DNA of 64,000 nucleotides. Origin: Octopus sinensis. Lineage: Eukaryota. Location: the NCBI RefSeq assembly GCF_006345805.1, contig NC_043007.1, forward strand, positions 38,874,001-38,938,000, given 5' to 3'. The translations under genes were made by a program, and so were the position numbers. Under the pieces are notes generated by a model. It saw only the letters and a program-made list of their open reading frames with translations. It was not told the origin of the DNA and ran no database searches. The stretch's first letter is position 1, and every line of letters begins with the position of its first letter. Below, in pieces: positions 22,372-35,005 of this stretch.

Positions 22372-23385
22372 ATCGTCATTGTTTAATGTCCGCTTTCCAT
22401 GCAGGCATGGGTTGGACGTTTTGACTGAGAACTGGCAAGCTAGGAGGCTGCACCAGGGTCCAATCTGATCTGGTAAGGTTTCTACAGTGGGATGCCCTTC
22501 CTAACTCCAATTACTTTGAGTGTAGTGGGTGGTTTTTACGTGCCACTGGCACAGGGATCAGTCAAACAGTACTGGCACTGACCATGCTTGAATGGTGCTT
22601 TTTATGTGCCACTGGCATGCGAGCCAGTCATGCAGTACTGGTATTGACCATGCTCAAATGGTGTGTTTTATGTACCACTGGCACTGGCATCAGCCACACT
22701 CAAATGGTGCTTTTTATGTGCCACTGGCACGGGTACCAATCAAGTGGCACTGGCATTGGCCACAACTATGATTGCACTTGATTAAACAAGTCTTCTCAAG
22801 CACAATATATTGCCCGACGATTGAAGGATACTTTTAAATGGGCTGGTTATGCAACACTGGCATCAGCCATGGCTATGATCTCACTTGGGTTGCTGGGTCT
22901 TCTCAAGCACAGCATATCTACAAAGGTCTTGGTAACTTGTCATTGCCTCTGTGAGGTCCAATGTTCGAAAGTCGTGCTTCACTACCTCATCCCATGTCCT
23001 CCTGGGTCTACCTCTTCCACAGATTCCCTCCACTGTTAGGGTGTGACACTTCACTTCTTCACAGAACTATCCTCATCCATACGCAACTCATGACCATGCC
23101 AGTGCAGTCTCCTCTCTTGCACACCACATCTGATGCTTCTTACATCCAACTTTTCTCTCAGGGCGCTTACACTCTGTTGTGTATGCACACTGACATTTCT
23201 CATCTAGCGGAACATACTAACTTCATTTCTTTCAAGACTATGCATATCCTCAGCAGTCGCAGCCCATGTTTCACTGCTGTGCAGCATAGCTGTTCATTCA
23301 CATGCATCATATAGTCTACCGTTCACTCTGAGCGAGAGGCTCTTAGTTACCATCAGAGATAGGAGCTCTCTGAACTTTGCTCAGA
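22372..23385 (-). mobile_element. RTE-clade LINE 3' fragment, degraded
   Basis: The reverse complement is homologous to the C-terminal ORF, repeat-bearing 3' UTR and (GAT)n tail of the 31626-33445 copy. Confidence 0.82.
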
Positions 23386-23393
23386 GTGGAAAG

Positions 23394-23640
23394 AAAGTAT
23401 TACAAATCCAACAGCTGTTTCTGGGGGCTTGGGGGTCCTTAATAATGTTTGTAGATTGATTCCATCATAGGATGAGACAAACCTCTCTCTTCAGGTAAGA
23501 AATCTTACATTTGAGATGTTAAAGGAGAGAAGTTCAAAGATTCAATCAAAAAATATTATCATGGATCACCAAGTTCAAAAATTCCATCTACAAACATTAT
23601 CATGAGCCCCAAGAAACAGGTGTTGGATTTGTAATACTTT
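23394..23640. mobile_element. MITE with about 60-bp terminal inverted repeats
   Basis: AAAGTATTACAAATCCAACAGCTGTTTCT...ATAATGTTTGTAGAT is inverted to ATCTACAAACATTAT...AGAAACAGGTGTTGGATTTGTAATACTTT. Confidence 0.6.
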
Positions 23641-24369
23641 TCCTCCACCCCTTTAATTCTCTATGTCATTTGTACTCTATGTAAGTTGGCCCTTTTTATA
23701 TCTATACATATATACAATTTTTTGTATTTAATGTATTTTATATACATTATATATTGATTTGTCTAACTTGTTTATCCCTACATTTACTTCTATATCCACT
23801 CAAATTTAAATCTCTTGAGCACTACTAAGTGTATTCTATACAAGGAATATTTGGATCTTATCTATGAACTACACACACACACACAAATTTAATTAGAAGA
23901 TATGCAAACCTCGTGAAGGGGTGGTAGTATCCGAGAAAATACTGTTCAATACATTCTTCTTCTTCTTCATATATATATATATATATATATAAATCTTTAG
24001 TTATACATATTCAATGAGAATATTATATACTGAATTTATATTGAGTGCTCTATTGTCTCAAAGTATTAATACTATTAAAGTATTTATTGACTTAATATGA
24101 TTATATATATATATATATTTTAATAATATATAATTATTAATATCAGGAAATCAATATCAGAAAACTCCTCAGAAAGATATACTCGTGTTAAAAATAATTG
24201 TTGTATTAAAAATATATAAATATGTATAAGAATATATGTAAATATGTATAAGTATAAATATATAATGTATATCATATTCACTAAAAAATATTTCTAAATG
24301 ATTAAAATATTCTTTAACAAAAGCATAAATCGAAACATTTACTGTAAAAAACAAATCATATTTTTTCAT

Positions 24370-24640
24370 TGTTAAGTCAGTGTCTAATCGAAAAGTTAGA
24401 GTTTCTTCCCTTCCAGAATGAAGTTATGTTTGGAATATTTTCCCATTATGCACCATTTAGGGTATTTATACCCCCAAACCTCAAATATCTCAATAACTAC
24501 TGCTCCGATTTACATGAAACCTGTTTCATATTGTTCGTATTATTTCAGGGACAACTTAATTCGTAGTGTTTTTCCATTATGTGCCAGTTTGGCTGTGTAA
24601 CATTGCAAGCAAACAAGATTGAACTTCACTTTTATTAGTA
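24370..24640 (-). mobile_element. Helitron-like (DINE/HINE-type) 5' fragment
   Basis: Shares the terminal AACTTCACTTTTAT motif with the 11801-12097 element. The 3' end was not found. Confidence 0.4.
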
Positions 24641-24746
24641 CATATATATATATTCACACGCACACGCACAAATTCGTACATGCATGCACACACGCACGCC
24701 CCCTGCCCCACACTAACACTTATCCATATATATCAATGTCAGTCTG

Positions 24747-25156
24747 GGATCTTTTCAGTTTGAACGGCAGTTTTTTCTAGCAGTGTCATATGAAATTGTC
24801 ACTCATAATTATGACCCTAGTATCGATCTATTGCATTTCAATGTTTTAAGGTTAGGGTTTGGAGTAGGGAGAAGAGTATCTTTTTTCTTCACAAATGTAA
24901 ATAAACCCAATCTGTTTCTTAAACGAGGGACATATACGGCACAGAATATTTTTTACCTCAATAGACGTCATTAATTGGTTGAAATTTCAGAAATTGAAGA
25001 AAAAAAACAACAAATATCTTACAAACTATAGAATTTTCTCAATAAAGCCAAGAAAAAAAATGTTTTATAAACACATTCTACCAGTATACGAAGTTTAAAA
25101 GTGTTTAGTTACGTGGAAATTATTTTAAAAATCTGCCGTTGAAACCGAAAAGATCC
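24747..25156. mobile_element. Non-autonomous DNA transposon with GG termini and an 8-bp TSD (Merlin/hAT/Mutator-like, superfamily unresolved)
   Basis: TIRs GGATCTTTTCAGTTTGAACGGCAG and CTGCCGTTGAAACCGAAAAGATCC. Exact TSD TCAGTCTG (24739-24746 and 25157-25164). Confidence 0.85.
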
Positions 25157-25362
25157 TCAGTCTGTATATATATATATATCCGAAAACAAGAGCTTCTTTA
25201 TTTGCTACAAGTACAATTACATTAGAAACAATAATTTGTCACATTGACCCAAGACCACAAATTTATAACAGGGTCAGTCAGCTAACATCAACACCTGTAC
25301 ATATTTGATACATGTTCTGTTTTCCTTGATGATATCAAAAGCATATATACATACGTGCATAT

Positions 25363-25465
<103 letters not shown>

Positions 25466-26266
25466 ACGCACGCACAAATATAGTACGTTACTTTAGACTG
25501 CTAGCTCTGTTTGCTTACACGATTTGAAAGCGTTAACATGGTTACCAAACAAATCTACTGCTTAGCAACAACGGCCGATTACATCGTCTGATATTTAACA
25601 CATTTTTTTGTTTTCATTTATTAAAGTAATTTGAAATTGGCATTTTTACATATAAATTTGATGAGGATTTTCATATTAAAATAAAAGAAACAAATTTTTC
25701 TGACTTTTAAAATTAATTTTACATTTATATACATATTTTTAAAAAAATTCACAAGCCGGATTCAAAGCGTACTAAGTAACCAACCGCCAGTGCTGGGTTG
25801 TTATTAAGAAATAAGTACTATTGTTTGTTAATTAGTCTTATTTTTGTTTTCTTTCTCTGTATCATTAAGTTTGTCATTCATTTTTGTTATTGATTTTATT
25901 ACTGTAGTTGTTGTTGTCGACGAGAAAGAATTTTTTTATCACTGTTAGTAAACCAAAAACAAAACTTTTTCACACTGTACCATGAAAGTAGCCGTATTAG
26001 GATGTGGAATTTTAGGAGTGAAAATTGCAGGTATTTCGTTCAATTGTCCTTCTTGTTTATATTGTAGTTGATGTTATTGTTTTGCTTCGGACATTACGGG
26101 AAAGCAGGCCTATGGTGAAATGAGTTCCATCTCCGTTTTTATTTTTTCCTCCTAGCTAGTTATGTATATTTAAGACTACATTATTCAATGTGACCCAGTT
26201 ATCGTTTATTGTTACTGTTGTTGGTGATGTTGTTCATGTAATAAATTATACTGACACAAAACCAAG

Positions 26267-26328
<62 letters not shown>

Positions 26329-26354
26329 GTCTATCTGTCTATCTGCCTGTCTGC

Positions 26355-26440
<86 letters not shown>

Positions 26441-26913
26441 GTCTGTCTGTCTCTCTATCACCTACCTATTAGTCTAACTGTCTATCTCTCAGTCTGTCTA
26501 ACTGTCTATCTATCAGTCTGTCTAACTGTCTATCTAGCAGTCTATCTATCAGTCTGTCTAACTGTCTGTCTGTCCGCCCGTTCATCGTTCTGTGGAAAGG
26601 AAATCGGATTCTGTGGCGTTTATGCCTTAAGCAAATCATCAGTGGTGTAAATTACACTGAAATGAACTGAAGATTGCTGCTTCAACCTAGAATTGAAACT
26701 GCATCGTGATCTTTGCTTAACGACATTAAAAGTAAAAGCAAAAGAAAGCAAAAAAGTAACAAAAATGAACAAGAATATTTTTAAAACACCCAACTTTTTA
26801 CATGTTTTGGTTATTGTTGCTGTTATTGTTGATGGCGATGTTCATGTTGATTATGTCATTGTTGAGAATGTTGATATAGAAATTGTAGTTAAGATGATGA
26901 TGATGGTGGTAGT

Positions 26914-27003
26914 GGCGGAGGTAAAGAATACGCACACCACCCGTTTTCGGCTAATCCTAACCCTAACCTTAAGCACCTGGTGTGCGTTTGCTTTACCTTC
27001 GCC
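26914..27003. mobile_element. 90-bp mini inverted-repeat element with an internal telomere-like motif
   Basis: 26-bp arms GGCGGAGGTAAAGAATACGCACACCA / TGGTGTGCGTTTGCTTTACCTTCGCC with 3 mismatches, enclosing CTAATCCTAACCCTAACC. Confidence 0.6.
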
Positions 27004-28265
27004 TGTAGTAGTAGTGGTGATGATGATGATGACGAAAGGTGGTGGTAGCGATGAGGATAGTGATGATGATGGTGGTGGTAGTGATGATGGTGGTGGTAGT
27101 TAGTGATGACGATGGTGGTGGTAGTGATGAGAATGATGATGATGGTAGTGGTGGAGGTGATGATGAGGGTGGTAGCAATGAGGGTGGTAGTGATGATGAT
27201 GATGGTGGTAGTGGTGATGACGATGGTGGTGGTAGTGATGAGGATGATGATGGTAGTGGTGAGGTGATGATGAGGGTGGTAGCAATGAGGGTGGTGATGA
27301 TGATGATGGTGGTAGTGGTGATGACGATGTGGTGGTAGTGATGATGATGGTAGTGGTGGAGGTGATGATGAGGGTGGTAGCGATGAGGGTGGTGATGATG
27401 ATGATGGTGGTAGTGGTGATGACGATTGTGGTGGTAGTGATGAGATGATGATGATGGTAGTGGTGGAGGTGATGATGAGGGTGGTAGCAATGAGGGTGGT
27501 GATGATGATGATGAGGGTAGTGGTGGTGATGATGATGGTGGTAGTGGTGATGACGATTGTGGTGGTAGTGATGAGAATGATGATGATGGTAGTGGTGGAG
27601 GTGATGATGAGGGTGGTAGCGATGAAGGTGGTAATGATGATGGTGGTGGTAGTAGTGATGACGATGGTGGTGGTAGTGATGAGGATGATGATGGTAGTGG
27701 TGGAGGTGATGATGAGGGTGGTAGCAATGAGGGTGGTGATGATGATGATGGTGGTAGTAGTGATGACGATGGTGGTGGTAGTGATGATGATGGTAGTGGT
27801 GGAGGTGATGATGAGGGTGGTAGCGATGAGGGTGGTGATGATGATGATGGTGGTAGTGGTGATGACGATTGTGGTGGTAGTGATGAGGATGATGATGATG
27901 GTAGTGGTGGAGGTGATGATGAGGGTGGTAGCAATGAGGGTGGTAGTGATGATGGTGGTAATGATGATGGTGGTAGTAGTGATGACGATGGTGGTGGTAG
28001 TGATGAGAATGATGATGATGGTAGTGGTGGAGGTGATGATGAGGGTGGTAGCGATGATGGTGGTGGTAGTAGTGATGACGATGGTGGTGGTAGTGATGAG
28101 GATGATGATGATGGTAGTGGTGGAGTTGATGATGATGATGAGGGTAGTGGTGGTGATGATGATGGTGGAGGGGATAATGAAGGTAATGGGGATGATGATG
28201 ATGACAGTAGTGATGATGGTGGTATTGGTGATGTTTTTACTAATGTTGTTCTTTTTGTTACTGTA
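27004..28265. repeat. Cryptic GAT/GGT/AGT trinucleotide satellite with about 100-bp higher-order units
   Basis: Blocks such as GATGATGATGGTAGTGGTGGAGGTGATGATGAGGGTGGTAGC recur more than eight times. Confidence 0.92.
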
Positions 28266-28591
28266 ACACGTTGAACTTATTAATGCTGTTGTTATTATTA
28301 TTGTTGTTTTGCCTTTCTCCTCTGGGTCAGCCCAACTGGAGCAAACCAACAAGCAGAGACATTCTATTCATGACCATCCCATCGTTTAATAATATCTAGG
28401 ATTAAAATTATCTAATGTGTCCTTTCCATTTTTACAGCAGTAGAGTGTGAATTGAGAGAAATTTGGCTGCTATTTCTTATCTGTTCAAGTGATCACAAAA
28501 GGGTTCTCCCATTGGCTTATGCCATTTTGTAATCATTGATGCTTTTCTTGTTGTTTTTGCTTGTGTTGTGGTCAGTGTGGTTGAAGAGGGC

Positions 28592-28745
28592 ACAGGTGTG
28601 GCCCTGTGGTTAAGAGGTTTGCTTTCAAGCTACATGGTTTCAGGTTTCAGGTTCAGTCCCACTGCATGGCACCTTGAGTAAATGTTTTGTACTATAGCAC
28701 TGGAGTGACACAACCAAAACCTTGTGAGTGGATTTGAGAGATGCT
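28592..28745 (+). mobile_element. SINE family A head and centre
   Basis: GTGGCCCTGTGGTTAAG...GGTTCAGTCCCACTGCATGGCACCTTGAG. Confidence 0.7.
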
Positions 28746-28850
28746 TGTTGTATGTATGTATGTATGTATGTATGTATGTATGTATGTATGTATGTATGTA
28801 TGTATGTATGTATATATATATATATATATGAATACCTATGTATATGTTTA

Positions 28851-29284
28851 TCTTTTATCTTTGACTTGTTTCAGTCACTAGACTGCAGCCATGCTGGAGC
28901 ACGGTTTTGAAGAATTCATAGTCAAATGTATGGACCCCAGTACTTTTCTTTTAAGCCTGGTACTTATTCTATCAAGCTCTTTTACTGAACTCTAAGTTAC
29001 GGGGACATAAACACACCAACACCGGTTGTCAAGAGGTGGAGGGGGGACAAACACAGATACACCTACATAGATATATACATGTGTGTGTGTGTATAAATAT
29101 ATATATATATATGTATATATACGACAGGCTTCTTTCAGTTTCTATCTACCAAATCCATTCACAAGTCTTTGGTTGACCTGAAGCTATAGTAGAAGGCACT
29201 TGCTCAAGGTGCCATGCAGTAGGATTGAATTTGGAACGATGTGGTTGGGAAGCAAACTTCTTACCACACAGCCACATCGGCACC

Positions 29285-29286
<2 letters not shown>
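28851..29286 (-). mobile_element. SINE family A, full length
   Basis: Tail, centre and head match family A. Confidence 0.82.
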
Positions 29287-29372
<86 letters not shown>

Positions 29373-29683
29373 CATACATATATAATATTTATAAACAAGC
29401 CTGGAAGCTTGATAAGCTATGGAGAAAAAGCCACTAGGAAAGTTTTTTATAGAATAATTATAACTGTATAATAATATATTATAATAATAATATGTATATA
29501 TATATTTACTCCAATTTAAAGCAACATCTAAACAATTGACTGAAAAAGGATGAGCAAACTCTGAATAGAATCGAACCCACATATAAACGCTAACATGGCT
29601 CCTTGTACATCTGATTGAGTCAGAAAACTCACCCATAAATTTCAATTACATTTTATGTATAGATACTAAATTGTCTATTACTA

Positions 29684-30962
29684 TTGTGTTGTATGGAAAG
29701 TTTGTCCTGATTTTTAAAGGAAAGAAAAAGGTCAATAAATACTTGCCATTACATTTTTAATCAACCATATACGGACCATTTTGTTGCTTAACGCATCTCC
29801 ATCTTTCCTTTAACTTGAAAATACCCTCTTCCCAGAATTGAGATGGTTTCATGGCAAAGAATTCATCAAGGTATCTTTTTACGTCATCCAAGGAATTGAA
29901 ATTTTTACCATTAAGACCATTCTGCAGAGACCTGAATATGTGGAAATCGGAAGGAGCAATATCTGGTGAATATGGAAGGTGGGGTAACACATCTCAGCCG
30001 AGCTGCTGCAATTTTGTCTGGTTCCCAAAGAAACGTGCGGCCTTGCATTATCATGTTGGAAAACAACACCTTTCCTGTTGGCCAATTCTGGACGTTTCTC
30101 TTGAATTGCTGCTTTTGACTCATCCAGTTGTGTGCAGTATTTCTCAGGATTAATTGTCTGGTTACTTGGGCAAAGCTCATAGTTTAGAATTCCTTTCCAA
30201 TCCCACCAGACACAAAGCAAGACTTTTTTAGGGTGAAGACCCGCTTTTGGGGTGGTTAAGGGTGGCTCATGTCACTTACTCTAGGATCGCTTTCTCTGAA
30301 CATTTCGGTAGATAATCCATTTCTCATCACCTGTCACAATTTGCTTTAAAAAAGGCGTGTTTTCATTCCATTTATAAAACGAATCACAGATGGAAATGCA
30401 ATCCAAAAGGTTCTTCTCACTGAACTCATGTGGTACCCAAACATCGTAGCGATTTGTGTACCCAAGCTTTACCAGGTACTCATGAACGATGGATTTTGAT
30501 AGGTTGAGGCTTTCTGCCAATTCTCGGGTTGTGCAATGTGGATTATTCTCAATTAATGACTTGGTTTGGTCATCATCTGTAGTGGATGGTCTGCCTGATC
30601 ACTCTTTATCAATAAGGCTACAATCTCCAGCTCGGAACCTTGCGGACCACTTCCGTACAGTTCTTTTGGATAAAGAAACATCACTTTAAACTGTGCATAT
30701 TTCTTTGGTTGCTTGGGAGGCATTTTTTTATGGAAAAAGAAAAGCATCAAGTGCTGAAAATGAACCTTCTCATCTTCCACTTTAAAGGGTTACAGAATTA
30801 ACACAGGTTATAGAAGCATAAACCTTCTTCCACGAAAAGATAGCTTAAACTGTGCTCTAAATGGAGGTGTAGTCAAATCCTATTCTATGGACTCAACCAT
30901 GTTCTAAAATAAGTCGAAAGGTAAGCTACTATAAATCGGCACAAACTTTCCAGACAACCCGA
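29684..30962 (-). mobile_element. Full-length (1279 bp) but inactivated mariner element, DD34D transposase
   Basis: TA TSDs. TIRs TTGTGTTGTATGGAAAGTTTGTCCTGATTT and (reverse complement) TCGGGTTGTCTGGAAAGTTTGTGCCGATTT. Frameshifted ORFs carry WVPHEF, IVTGDEKW, HDNARPH and PYSPDIAPSDF. Confidence 0.93.
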
Positions 30963-31056
30963 TACATATAATATTTGTAAACAAACCCAGGCTTGATAAG
31001 TTACGGAGAAAAAGCGACTTGGAAAGTCTTTTATACAATAATAATAATATATATAT

Positions 31057-31274
31057 CCTGATTTAAAGTGACCTTTATCTAAATAATTGACTGAAAAATG
31101 ATGGCTAACTCCAACTAGAATCGAACTCACATATCAACACTAATATGAGATGTATGTTCTGGCTCAATTGGATGTGCAAGGAGCCATGTTAGCATTGATA
31201 TGTGTGTTCGATTCTAGTCAGAGTTAGTTCATTATTTTTCAGTCAAGTGTTGAGATAAATGTTTTAAATTGGAG
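31057..31274. mobile_element. Fold-back MITE with about 85-bp arms
   Basis: TTGACTGAAAAATGATGGCTAACTCCAACTAGAATCGAACTCACATATCAAC is inverted to 31195-31250. A one-armed relative lies at 29509-29625. Confidence 0.6.
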
Positions 31275-31379
31275 TGTGTATATACATACATACATACATA
31301 TATATATACACACACACATATGTATATATACATATATATATATTTACACACACACACACACACACACACTCACATATAT

Positions 31380-31608
31380 ATATTTCTTTACTACCCACAA
31401 GGGGCTAAACATAGAGGGGACAAACAAAGACAGACAAAGGGATTAAGTCGATTACATCGACCCCAGTGCGAAACTGGTACTTAATTTATCGATCCTGAAA
31501 GGGTGAAAGGCAAAGGTGACCTCGGCGGAATTTGAACTCAGAATGTAACGACAGACGAAATATGGCTACGCATTTTGCCCGGCGTGGTAACGTTTCTGCC
31601 AGCTCGCC
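31380..31608 (-). mobile_element. SINE family B, full length
   Basis: Head GGCGAGCTGGCAGAAACG through tail GGGTAGTAAAGAAATA. Confidence 0.85.
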
Positions 31609-31625
31609 TTATATATATATATATA

Positions 31626-33445
31626 TCATCATCATCATCATCGTTTAACGTCCGCTTTCCATGCTAGCATGGGTTGGATGGTTCAACTGGGGTCTGGCAA
31701 GCCCGAAGGCTGCACCAGGCCAGTCAGATCTGGCAGTGTTTCTACAGCTGAATGCCCTTCCTAACGCCAACCACTCCGAGAGTGTAGTGGGTGATTTTAT
31801 GTGCCACCGACACAGGTGCCAGACGAGGCTGGCAGACGGCCACGCTCGGATGGTGTTTTTTATGTGCCACCGACACAGGTGCCAGACGAGGCTGGCTGAC
31901 GGCCACGCTCGGATGGTGTTTTCTTATGTGTCACCGACACAGGTGCCAGACGAGGCTGGCGGACGGCCACGCTCGGATGGTGTTTGTTACGTGCCCTCAG
32001 CACGGAGGCCAGTCGTTGCGGTACTGGCTACGGTCACGTTCGGATGGTTTTCTTATGTGCCACTGGCACTGGTACCACAAGGATACAAATTCCATTGATG
32101 TTCATCTATTTTGATTTGGTTCGATTTGATTTGATTTGATTCGATTCTCACTTGCCTCAACAGGTCTTCACAAGTGTCACAAGAAGGAAGGTATGCACAG
32201 GTGGACTGACTACGTCCCAGGTAGGGGCCACGGATTATGGCTTCACTAGTCTTGCCGGGTCTTCTCACGCACAGCATACTTCCATAGGTCTCGGTCTCTA
32301 GTCATTTCCATGGTGAGACCTAACGTCCGAAGGTCGTGCTTCACCACCTCGTCCCAGGTTTTCCTGGGTCTACCTCTTCCACGGGTTCCCTCAACTGCTA
32401 GGGATTGGCACTTTCTGACACACCTATCTTCATCCATTCTCGCCACATGACCATACCAGCGCAATCGTCTCTCTTGCACACCACAACTGATGCTTCTTAG
32501 GTATAACATTTCTCTCAAGGTACTAACGCTCTGTCGAGTAAGTACACTGACATTACACATCCATCGGAGCATACTGGCTTTGTTCCTCGCGAGCTTACAC
32601 ATGTCCTCAGCAGTCACGGCCCATGTTTCACTGCCATGTAGCATAGCTGTTCGTACACATGCATCATACAGTCTGCCTTTTACTCTGAGCGAGAGGCCTT
32701 TAGTCACCAGCAGAGGTAAGAGCTCCCTAAACTTTGCCCAGGCTATTCTTATTCTAGCAGTTACACTTTCAGCGCACCCACCCCCACTACTGACTTGGTC
32801 ACCTAGATAGCGGAAGCTATCAACTACTTCTAGTTTTTCCCCCCGGAAAGTGACGGAAGTTGTTTTCTGCAGATTTTCGGAGGTCAATGCTCCAGAGCAT
32901 CTGCCACATACAAAAACTATCTTCCCAGTTAGCCTACCTTTGACATTGCTGCACCTCTTATGTGTCCATAGCTTACACTGGGTACATCTTATAGAGTTTC
33001 TACCTACACCTTTTCTACAGATCGAGCAGGGCCATCTTCTTGAGGATATTTGTGGATTGTCTACCTTTCTACTTATTAGTACTTTGTTTTAGCTAGGTTG
33101 ACTCTAAGGCCCCTCGATTCTAAACCCTCCTTCCACACCTGGAACTTCTCCTCCAGTTCTGATAGTGACTCAGCAATTAGAGCGAGGTCGTCAGCATAGA
33201 GGAGCTCCCAGGGGCAACCTGTCTTGAATTCCTCCACAATTGCCTGGAGGACTATGATAAATAGGAGGGGGCTGAGTACTGAACCCTGGTGGACCCCAAC
33301 CTCTACTTTGAATTCTTCTGTGTACATGTTGCCAACTCTAACCTTACTTACGGCATGTCTGTACATGGCTTGCACAGCCCTCACCAGCCATTCATCTATC
33401 CCTAGTTTCCTCATTGACCACCAGATGAGGGATCGGGGGACCCTA
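31626..33445 (-). mobile_element. RTE-clade LINE, 5'-truncated (1.8 kb)
   Basis: RT and C-terminal ORF, 3' UTR with 63-66 bp tandem units and (GATTT)n, terminal GGACGTTAAAC(GAT)n tail. Confidence 0.93.
32246..33445 (-). pseudogene. RTE ORF2 fragment: RT motifs (GVHQGSVLSPLLF, LLYADDL), PHD-type finger, FRYLG thumb and C-terminal domain
   Basis: Two ORF-track segments are joined by a single 1-nt deletion at about 33080 (AAAACAAAG-TACTA). After correction the frame is open to the stop at 32246. Confidence 0.9.
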
Positions 33446-33801
33446 TAGATGTATATATATGTATATGTGTATACATATATGTATATATATATATACATAT
33501 ATATGTGTGTGTATACACTTGTGTTTGTGTATGTGTATACATGTGTGTATGTGTGTGTGTGTGTATGTATTATGTATGTATGTATAAATATGTGTGTGAA
33601 TGTGTTTATATGTTTGGATGTTTGTGTTCCCTTGGCTGATAGTTGGAAATGAGTGTCACTGTTAAACAAACAGTGTTGTTCATTTGCAATATTCTCTGAG
33701 GACATGTCTGGTCTTGGGGAAATATTACCTTGCTTGGAAACAGGTGAGATTTGTCGGCAAGAAGAACATCCAGCGATAGGAAATCTGCCTCAATAAATTC
33801 T

Positions 33802-34013
33802 TATTTCTTTACTGCCTACAAGGGGCTAAACATAGAGGGGACAAACAAGGACAGACAAAGGAATTGAGTCGATTACATCGACCCCAGTATGCAACTGATA
33901 CTTATTTTATCGACCCTGAAAAGATGAAAGGCAAAGTCGACCTTGTAAAGACAGACTAGGTACCGCTAAGCATCTCGCCCAGCATGCTAATGTTTCTGCT
34001 AGCTCACCGCCTT
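33802..34013 (-). mobile_element. SINE family B nested in a family F element
   Basis: B body between the two halves of a family F sequence (33590-33800 and 34015-34060). Confidence 0.75.
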
Positions 34014-34439
34014 CTTTAAATTCTCTTCAATCCATGCAAGTATGAAAAAGAGAACATTAAGTAAAACCTTGCTGTACTCAAGAATACCCCCCCTACTTCA
34101 CAGCAGAAGTGTTAAGGTCACTCCCCCTGCAAGAGTCCTATGCTGGTGCCATGAAAAAGCACTCGTGCCGGTGCCACATAGTAGCACCCAGTACACTCTG
34201 TAAAGTAGTTGTTGTCAAGAAGGGCATCCAGCCATAGAAACCATGCCAGACTGAAGTCTGGAGCAGCCCTCCTGCCTGCCAACTCTGGTGAAACCGTCCA
34301 ACCCATGCTGGCATGGAAAACAATTGTTAAATGATGATGATAATGATGATGCTGATGATGGGAGTGGTGATGGCTGTGGCACTCTGATGGTGGCAGGAGG
34401 GCCCTTGTGATGAGCATACTGCCCTTGATGATGCCTATA

Positions 34440-34850
34440 GTGGTGGAGATAAAGTAATAATGAGAGTAATGAATGATTATTGGGATGATGGTAACGATAA
34501 TGATAATGATGGTGGTGAAGAGGCCATTGATGATTATCATGATGATGGTGATGACTCCAGGGAGGAGAACGATGACTGTAGTAGCAGTAGTATTGATGAC
34601 GATGATGGAGATGATGTCCCTAATAAAGGTCGTGATGATGATGATGGTGATGTTGGTAATGATGATGGTGATGATTATGATGATGATGATGTTGGTGACA
34701 TAGTTTCTGAAGTGTTGTTGCTTATTTTTATGATGTGTCTTCCTGTGATATTGGTGTCATTGTTGGTGATGGAGATATTGGTAGAGATGGTGGTAATGGT
34801 GGTGGCAGTGGTGGTGGTGGTGGTGGTGGTGGTGGTAGCTGGTAGCTGAG
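34440..34850. repeat. Degenerate GAT/GGT trinucleotide tract
   Basis: Direct reading. Confidence 0.85.
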
Positions 34851-34941
34851 GCTGTAGTTATGTTGGTGTTGCTATTCTGTTGCTATGTGATACAGTAGTG
34901 TGAGGAGGGATAGATGTGAGCAAGCAGAGTATCTTGTCTTC

Positions 34942-35005
<64 letters not shown>

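Noticed and set aside
26889-28352. 487-, 313- and 273-aa ORFs as real genes
   Set aside because: They are translations of a trinucleotide satellite, open on both strands, with no non-repetitive domain or splice context.
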